DNA from: Candidatus Poseidoniales archaeon
GTDB lineage: Archaea; Thermoplasmatota; Poseidoniia; Poseidoniales; Poseidoniaceae
NCBI GenBank assembly: GCA_009887255.1
Contig: QXXW01000016.1
Coordinates: 1-45,077, forward strand
Direction: 5' to 3'
Length of the DNA: 45,077 nt
Positions 25,693-31,679 of the stretch are shown here, piece by piece; position 1 is the stretch's first letter; every line of letters begins with the position of its first letter. The notes under the pieces are model-generated. The model was not told the DNA's origin. It made no database searches and saw only the letters and a list, made by a program, of their open reading frames with translations. The translations under genes and the position numbers were made by a program.

Positions 25693-26481
25693 ATGAATGG
25701 CTTGCGCCTCAAAGCCTTGGCAGGATTGTTGCTGCTGCTGTGCAGCTCGCTCGCAGGGTGCTTAGGCGATGCAGTGGACGATTTGCTTCCCGAGCGCAAA
25801 GGCATCCCCGGGAGTCTCGCCCTCGCCTGTCTCCAAAGCGATCGATTCACGTCAATGGTCGTGGAAATCGATTACGAACCGGGATACAAACCGATGACGA
25901 GCAGCACGGACATGCTTCTCGAGCGCTTGGAGGAAGTCTGCGACAAACCCAACGGTATCTCTGTTGAATTCTCAGAAGTAAACTACGAGTTTGAGGGAGC
26001 ATGGACTGCGGATGCGGTCAGAGAACAAGCTTGGATTCACAAGTCTGGAGACGTGATGGATGCCAGCGAACTACGATGGCAGCTGTTGTTCCCGGAAGGT
26101 GAGTACAGCGAAAACGGTGTCCTCGGTGTAGCCGTGGACGGGTCAAGCATTGCCTTGTTCGGGGACACCATCGAAGAATCGGACGGGCCCTTTGGCCGTC
26201 CCTCGGTTGAAAACGTCGAAAACAGTGTAATCGTTCATGAAATCGGGCATCTTTTGGGTTTGGTCAACCTCGTTTACACCTCTCCAGCCGACCATGAAGA
26301 TGCCGAACACCCTGGCCACTCCAACAACGAAGATTCCGTCATGTATTGGGCGGTCAATTCGGCAGATTTAGCCAACATCTTTTTTGGCTCCATTCCAAAT
26401 GAATTCGACCAAGATGACCTTGCAGACCTCGCAGGAATGGCCGATGGTTCCATCTCGGCCGACGATCAACTCTGGTCCTGA
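25693..26481 (+). CDS. Lipoprotein-type secreted zinc metalloprotease (metzincin-like)
   Basis: The signal peptide carries a lipobox: MNGLRLKALAGLLLLLCSSLAGC. The zinc site HEIGHLLGLVN is followed by a Met-turn-like SVMYW. GAGGT lies 6 nt upstream of the ATG. Confidence 0.75.
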   Translation: MNGLRLKALAGLLLLLCSSLAGCLGDAVDDLLPERKGIPGSLALACLQSDRFTSMVVEIDYEPGYKPMTSSTDMLLERLEEVCDKPNGISVEFSEVNYEFEGAWTADAVREQAWIHKSGDVMDASELRWQLLFPEGEYSENGVLGVAVDGSSIALFGDTIEESDGPFGRPSVENVENSVIVHEIGHLLGLVNLVYTSPADHEDAEHPGHSNNEDSVMYWAVNSADLANIFFGSIPNEFDQDDLADLAGMADGSISADDQLWS

Positions 26482-26807
26482 GCGCGACTCATGTACGCCA
26501 CAGCGTCGCGCCACGCGTCAAAAATGGACCAGAGGTACAAACCGATCCACAACACGAGTGTAAATGCGAGAGGAATTTGCAAAAACGACCACTCAAAGCC
26601 CCTGCGGTGTTTACGGTTGAAATGTTGACCGAGAAACAAGAAGGGAACCAGAGCCAAGACTGCCGTCACCAACGGACGGAAGGCCCCCCATGTGCCAACC
26701 CCAAAGGTGATCTCTCTCCAAATTTCCTTGAGGAGGCGCCCCGGCGACATGCGTTGTTTGGAGACCGGTGCATCGTTCGAAAGCACCACCACCAAATCCT
26801 CGTCCAT
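26466..26807 (-). CDS. Small integral membrane protein (2-3 TM), unknown function
   Basis: Hydrophobic helices are PLVTAVLALVPFLFLG and FLQIPLAFTLVLWIGLYLWSIF, followed by DAWRDA. The 3' end overlaps the convergent metzincin gene by 16 nt. An alternative start (MSPGRLL) is at 26750. Confidence 0.5.
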   Translation of the reverse strand: MDEDLVVVLSNDAPVSKQRMSPGRLLKEIWREITFGVGTWGAFRPLVTAVLALVPFLFLGQHFNRKHRRGFEWSFLQIPLAFTLVLWIGLYLWSIFDAWRDAVAYMSRAQDQS

Positions 26808-26902
26808 GGGCGCACCTTGGGATGAGGTGGAGCCTTGTGTTTGTGAATGTGACGCCTGCGCGTAGGCGCATGGTCCAAGAACCGAAGGCAGTAGGGTTTG
26901 CC

Positions 26903-27904
26903 ATGGCAGCCCCTCAAGTCCTTCTCACGGGCTTTGAACCGTTTGGAAACCACACGAGCAACATCAGTCAAACCGTAGCGTTGGCGCTTCAAGGCCATCA
27001 TCGTCGTCGTTCTCCTTTGGTGGGCGATGAGGTTGAATTTAATGTTGAAACTCAGGTGTTGACCGTTGATGAGCACGGAGCCAACACCGTTGCATCTCGC
27101 TTGAATGAGGGTGAACAGTGGGACGTCATCCTCCATCTCGGATTGTGCGAATCCTGTGAAACTGCCCGTCTTGAGGTTCGTGGGTCGGATCAGTTGTCAA
27201 TGCGAATCCCTGACAACGCTGGTCGGCAACTGCACAACGCCGTTGTGAGCGGGCAAGGAGTGCAAGGTGCTGTGGTTGATCCAACATGTTGGCCCGTCGA
27301 TCGTTTTTCAACGCCCTTCACGGTGTCAAAAGACGCTGGTAAATTCATTTGCAACGAGTCCTATCATCGTACCCTGTTGCAATTGCAAGCCCTTCACAAC
27401 CGGCCAGGATTGCCTGTCCCGTGTTTGTTTGTTCACCTTCCATCGTCAAGGAAATCTTCCGTTGTTCAAGCCAATGAATTGGTCCTCGATGTGATCGCGA
27501 GCCTCGTTAAATCGCCTCCTGTGATCGACGTGGTGGCGGGTGTGGTTCCTTCAAGCGACGGTCGATTCTTGATTGCGAAGCGGATGAACTCCAGGGAACA
27601 TGGGGGCACATGGGAGTTCCCGGGTGGAAAGGTAGAACCCGGTGAGTCATGGTCGGACGCCACGGTTCGTGAGTGGAAAGAAGAGTTGGATGTGGACGTG
27701 GAACCTCTTCATTTGCTGGGAACCCGTTCACATGTTCACGAGGGACACGTGTACAACGTTCATGCGGTGTTGTGCCGCCGGGTAGAGGACGCCCTCGAAG
27801 TGACTCTGAACGAACACGAAGAATGGCATTGGTGGTCTCCAACCGAACGCATGGAGCGTCGGTGGACCGGACGAGACGATGAACTGGCAGCCGAACTGCG
27901 TTGA
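26903..27904 (+). CDS. Fusion protein: pyroglutamyl peptidase I (peptidase C15, Pcp) N-terminal domain plus NUDIX (MutT-like) hydrolase C-terminal domain
   Basis: Pcp signatures are VLLTGFEPFGNHTSNIS, the catalytic Cys context GKFICNESYH and the His context CLFVHLP. The NUDIX box is GGTWEFPGGKVEPGESWSDATVREWKEELDV. The reading frame is continuous. ORF track start is 26768; ATGs at 26870 and 26903 fit the Pcp N-terminus and avoid overlap with the divergent gene. Confidence 0.8.
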   Translation: MAAPQVLLTGFEPFGNHTSNISQTVALALQGHHRRRSPLVGDEVEFNVETQVLTVDEHGANTVASRLNEGEQWDVILHLGLCESCETARLEVRGSDQLSMRIPDNAGRQLHNAVVSGQGVQGAVVDPTCWPVDRFSTPFTVSKDAGKFICNESYHRTLLQLQALHNRPGLPVPCLFVHLPSSRKSSVVQANELVLDVIASLVKSPPVIDVVAGVVPSSDGRFLIAKRMNSREHGGTWEFPGGKVEPGESWSDATVREWKEELDVDVEPLHLLGTRSHVHEGHVYNVHAVLCRRVEDALEVTLNEHEEWHWWSPTERMERRWTGRDDELAAELR

Positions 27905-27906
27905 CG

Positions 27907-28422
27907 TCAATGCCAGGTGCTTGCTTCACCGTCGATGTTCATGCTTTGTTCATCTCCGACGCTTCTTGGAACTTGGGTTCGACCAGGGTGCCAAGTAGCG
28001 GCCTCAAGCCACTCGGAGAGACCCCGCCCGCTGAGGTGGATCTCAAAGGTGCCTCCAACAGGGTGTTCATTCGGGATTGGGAAGGCCACTTTTCCTTTTA
28101 CAGCAGCTTGCCGACTGATGTTGAATGTGGTTTGCTCATCGCTGAGGCGGCGGCTCATCGCATCAAGGGCGGTGTCCAATATGCGCTGTTGGTGAAGGGC
28201 GTCAAGGAAGGTGTTCATGCCTTGATGTTCCCAAATGAGTTCAGCGTCTTGGGGCGTACCAAACACGGGTTCGTGAAGGTGTTCAGGACGGGTTGCTTCA
28301 GGGAACATGGTTTGCAAGGCATCGAGCACTTTCGATGGTGAATCGGCTCCTCGGACCCGTGTTGAAACGGTGCATTCAATCCCCTCATCAACGCCAGTAA
28401 GTCGAATGCGTCCGGCGACCAT
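27907..28422 (-). CDS. UPF0201 / COG1931-like putative RNA-binding protein
   Basis: IRLTGVDEGIECTVSTRVRGADSPSKVLDALQTMFPEA, HQQRILDTALDAM and FNISRQAAVKGKVAFP ... HPVGGTFEIHL resemble the archaeal UPF0201 family layout. ORF track start is 28506; I prefer the ATG at 28422 (MVAGRIRL). This is a from-memory family match, hence the moderate confidence. Confidence 0.55.
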   Translation of the reverse strand: MVAGRIRLTGVDEGIECTVSTRVRGADSPSKVLDALQTMFPEATRPEHLHEPVFGTPQDAELIWEHQGMNTFLDALHQQRILDTALDAMSRRLSDEQTTFNISRQAAVKGKVAFPIPNEHPVGGTFEIHLSGRGLSEWLEAATWHPGRTQVPRSVGDEQSMNIDGEASTWH

Positions 28423-28487
28423 GCCTGTTGGAAGCGGTGCATGTTGAAGAACTTGGCCAAGGGGAGGATGGATGCCCCAAGGGTCAT

Positions 28488-29537
28488 ATGGCCATGCTTG
28501 AACCAAGACTCATGGAGGTTCACGAAGGTCCGAGGTTGGCCACCGTTATTCCTCTTTACAACGAAGCAAAGCACATTGAAGGTTTGGTGAACAGTTTGGT
28601 CGCACAGACCATGAACCCCACCCAACACATGGTTCTGTTGCTTGATGGTGGCTCAACGGATGGTACGTTGGACATCATCAAACGTGTGTTGGAGGGGCTT
28701 GGACCTGAGTCCCCCATCGTTCGCCTTGTCGAGAATCCTCTCCGTACCGTTGCTCATGCTCGAAATTTAGCCCTACAGCATCTTCCCGCTTCGGTGGAGT
28801 ATGTCGTCGAGTTGTTGGGACATGCCGACATCTCAGATGATCACCTTGAACAACGCATGCTCGCATGGGAACGGGCTGAAAAAGTCGCTCCAAAGCCGCT
28901 TGCAGGCGTGGGATGCAAAGTGGAAGGGCTGAACGACACCTCCTCAAAGCGAACGATGTGGATTGACGCAGCGTTGTCTTCGCCGCTTGGCCAAAGCGGC
29001 GGCCAATTCAGCACGTTTGACAGGGTGGAGCCCACACAAGTTCCAGCGTTTGTGACCCATCGGAAATCTTCTCTTGAGGCGGTTCAAGGTTGGGACACGT
29101 CCTTTCTGACCAGTCAGGACAGCGATTTGTCCATGCGGTTGCTCAATCAAGGTTATTCGCTCTACAGAGCACCGTACCCCGTCGTGAAAATGGCCCGCCG
29201 GGACACCCTCTTTAAGTGGTGGAAAATGGGCCACAGGTATGGGTTTTGGCGTACAAAAGTGGTGCTTCGACATCCACGACGCATCAGGGCGATCGAATGG
29301 TTGCCATGGATGGGTTTTGTCGGTTCCATGATCTTGTTGTGGGGCAACGTCGCTCTGTGGTGGCTTGGAGCCGCCGCCTACGTTGGTGTGTTGATGGTTG
29401 AGGGCTTGCGGCATTCACGTCGCCATCCGTCGTTGTTGCTCGGCCTGCCGTTGTGCCTGTTCATTCTTCATGCCAGCTTCTCCATCGGCTTGATCGACGG
29501 GTTTGTCCGTCGCGGCAGGAATGCAAGCGATCGCTAG
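28488..29537 (+). CDS. Family 2 glycosyltransferase with C-terminal transmembrane segments
   Basis: The GT2 N-terminal signature is LATVIPLYNEAKHIEGLVNSLVAQT ... VLLLDGGSTDGTLDIIK. The C-terminal hydrophobic helices are WLPWMGFVGSMILLWGNVALWWLGAAAYVGVLMV and LLLGLPLCLFILHASFSIGLI. ORF track start is a TTG at 28428; ATG candidates are 28488, 28494 and 28512. Confidence 0.8.
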   Translation: MAMLEPRLMEVHEGPRLATVIPLYNEAKHIEGLVNSLVAQTMNPTQHMVLLLDGGSTDGTLDIIKRVLEGLGPESPIVRLVENPLRTVAHARNLALQHLPASVEYVVELLGHADISDDHLEQRMLAWERAEKVAPKPLAGVGCKVEGLNDTSSKRTMWIDAALSSPLGQSGGQFSTFDRVEPTQVPAFVTHRKSSLEAVQGWDTSFLTSQDSDLSMRLLNQGYSLYRAPYPVVKMARRDTLFKWWKMGHRYGFWRTKVVLRHPRRIRAIEWLPWMGFVGSMILLWGNVALWWLGAAAYVGVLMVEGLRHSRRHPSLLLGLPLCLFILHASFSIGLIDGFVRRGRNASDR

Positions 29538-29565
29538 CACACCACCCCAATAGATACATGAAGGC

Positions 29566-30498
29566 ATGGGAGAAGCCTGCATCATGGGAGATGCTCGGCA
29601 CCAAACCGCTCGAGGTTTGGCTCTTCTTCCCCTGATTCTGATGGGTGCTTTGCACTTGACAGTGCCTCCGTTGTCGGGTACGTTTGAACTTGAACCGCTG
29701 TTGATGGTGCTGTGGTACGCTGTGGCGTTGGTGTTGGGGCTTGTCCTCTTTCGGAAAACCCGCGTCGTGAAGGATCATGAGTACAACAGAGCGAAAGCCA
29801 TGCGCTCCATTCGACACGTGTACAAAGCGGAAGCGGAAGGCGTTTGGGAACGAGATGTGTCGCTTGATGGTCAACTCACAGGCACCTCCAACTTGGCCCT
29901 TGGCCAGACCGTTGGTTCTCTCGCTCCGGAAACCGATGAAATCGAATTGGACAACGATTCCAAGGTTGAAGTCAAGGTGTTGACGGGAACCGTTGGCGTG
30001 AATTCCTCAAAAACCAGCACTGAGTATGATGATGCACCTGTTGTACAGCGAACGTTAGGCGCACAAGCCAAGGAAGGACCAATGGACAGAATATTGGATA
30101 CGGTGTTTGGTTGGTTTGGGCGTGACACCAAGGCTGAACGAGAATCCCAACGGCAGGCGAGAATGCTCGGGAACGCACGAGCGGCTCCCGTCATCGCTCA
30201 ACGACCCATAGCGCCTCTTCGCCTCAACACGAGGGACGATGATGGTGAGGTTCAGATGACTTCGATGAGCGACACTGGAGGCGTTGAAACCGTGTTGACC
30301 TCCAGGGGTTCTGAAGTTTCGAATGGAATGCTTCCGGAGGATTCCGGTACATCACTTCCCATGACGCTTGAACAAATGGCTCAAATCCAATCCGTGACCC
30401 CATCGTCATCACCCTCTCAAGTTCCTGCGTGCAGGGGGTGCGGTGGCACTGCTCCGGCCGGAATTGCATATTGTCCTCACTGCGGTTTGGACCTTTGA
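29566..30498 (+). CDS. Membrane protein with two N-terminal TM helices and a C-terminal zinc ribbon
   Basis: TMs are GLALLPLILMGALHL and LLMVLWYAVALVLGLVLF. The C-terminal CRGCGGTAPAGIAYCPHCG has CxxC-x11-CxxC spacing (nt 30429-30485). No catalytic motif is recognised. Confidence 0.6.
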   Translation: MGEACIMGDARHQTARGLALLPLILMGALHLTVPPLSGTFELEPLLMVLWYAVALVLGLVLFRKTRVVKDHEYNRAKAMRSIRHVYKAEAEGVWERDVSLDGQLTGTSNLALGQTVGSLAPETDEIELDNDSKVEVKVLTGTVGVNSSKTSTEYDDAPVVQRTLGAQAKEGPMDRILDTVFGWFGRDTKAERESQRQARMLGNARAAPVIAQRPIAPLRLNTRDDDGEVQMTSMSDTGGVETVLTSRGSEVSNGMLPEDSGTSLPMTLEQMAQIQSVTPSSSPSQVPACRGCGGTAPAGIAYCPHCGLDL

Positions 30499-30550
30499 GG
30501 GGCGTGAATTTCAAAGGGGACCTGTCCTCGTGGTGTGACGAGGGGACTCC

Positions 30551-31678
30551 ATGACCACCAAGCGAGACTACTACGATGTCTTGGGCGTTGAGAAGGCTGC
30601 CTCAGAATCAGAATTGAAAAATTCTTTCCGACGATTGGCTCGTAAGTACCACCCAGATCGTAGCACTGAAGAGGATGCTGAGGACCGATTCAAGGAAATT
30701 CAAGAAGCTTACGCCGTTCTCTCCGATCAGAAAAAAAGGGCTCAATATGACCGCTTTGGTCACGATGGTGGGCAAGGAAACCCGTTCGGCGGTTCCGGAG
30801 GAGGGTTCAACATCAATCTGGAAGACCTCTTTGGCGGGGATATTTTCTCTTCCATGTTCGGTGGCGGCAGAGGTGGAGGAGGCAGACGCCGACAAAGCGG
30901 TTCAGACATCCTCATCCGACATTCGATTGAACTCAGCGACGTCCTCAACGGTACAGATCAAGAAGTTGTCATCGATTTGCCACATGCTTGCGAGTCTTGC
31001 GAAGGTACAGGAGCCGAAGGCGGTCGATTGACCACGTGTGCATCGTGCAACGGGCAAGGTCAGGTACGTGTTCGCCAACAAATTGGCCCGTTCGTTCAAG
31101 AAGCCGTGCAGGCTTGCCGGGAATGCAATGCTCGTGGTAAAGTCGCAGACAACCCGTGCGACGGCTGCGGGGGTTCAGGACAGGACATGAAAAGCAGCAC
31201 GCTTCGCTTCAAGGTTCCTTTGGGGGCTGAACAAGGAACGAGGCTTCGCATGCGGGGCAAAGGCGAACCTGCTCCCCAAGGTGTTGGCTCTCCTGGCGAT
31301 CTTTTCATCGAACTCGAAATTGAGCCCCATCCGTTCTTTGAGCGTTCAGGGTCGGACTTGATCATGTCCTTGCCACTCGGATATCCCGACCTCGCCCTTG
31401 GCACCACCATCACGATCGAACACATCGATGGAGATGATTTGCAGATCAAGGTCCCCTCTCAATCCAATTCAGGTGAAACGGTCGAGGTTCGCAAACGTGG
31501 ACTGCCACGTCAACGAGGCAACGGGCGAGGCGATGTCGTGGTTCTCTTGAAGTTGCACATGCCCAAAAAAATCGGACGGTCCACCAAGAAATCACTTGAA
31601 GCGCTTCGAGGTGATTTGGGTCCCAAGGACGTCAAAAGCTCCATTTTGAGCGATGCGCAAGAACGACGCCGTGGTTGA
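30551..31678 (+). CDS. dnaJ: Molecular chaperone DnaJ (Hsp40, type I)
   Basis: The J domain is KRDYYDVLGVEKAASESELKNSFRRLARKYHPDR, containing HPD. A Gly/Phe-rich linker follows. The Cys-rich repeats are CESCEGTG, CASCNGQG, CRECNARG and CDGCGGSG. GAGGGG lies upstream of the ATG. Confidence 0.95.
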   Translation: MTTKRDYYDVLGVEKAASESELKNSFRRLARKYHPDRSTEEDAEDRFKEIQEAYAVLSDQKKRAQYDRFGHDGGQGNPFGGSGGGFNINLEDLFGGDIFSSMFGGGRGGGGRRRQSGSDILIRHSIELSDVLNGTDQEVVIDLPHACESCEGTGAEGGRLTTCASCNGQGQVRVRQQIGPFVQEAVQACRECNARGKVADNPCDGCGGSGQDMKSSTLRFKVPLGAEQGTRLRMRGKGEPAPQGVGSPGDLFIELEIEPHPFFERSGSDLIMSLPLGYPDLALGTTITIEHIDGDDLQIKVPSQSNSGETVEVRKRGLPRQRGNGRGDVVVLLKLHMPKKIGRSTKKSLEALRGDLGPKDVKSSILSDAQERRRG

Positions 31679-31679
31679 T

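Noticed and set aside
27902-27909. Perfect palindrome TGACGTCA (CRE-like) as a regulatory site
   Set aside because: It is fully explained as two opposed TGA stop codons separated by 2 nt. There is no reason to invoke a binding site.
30526-30543. Hairpin upstream of dnaJ as a CIRCE/HrcA-type heat-shock operator
   Set aside because: The sequence does not resemble the CIRCE consensus (TTAGCACTC-N9-GAGTGCTAA) and the host is archaeal. It is kept only as a generic hairpin in a low-interest finding.
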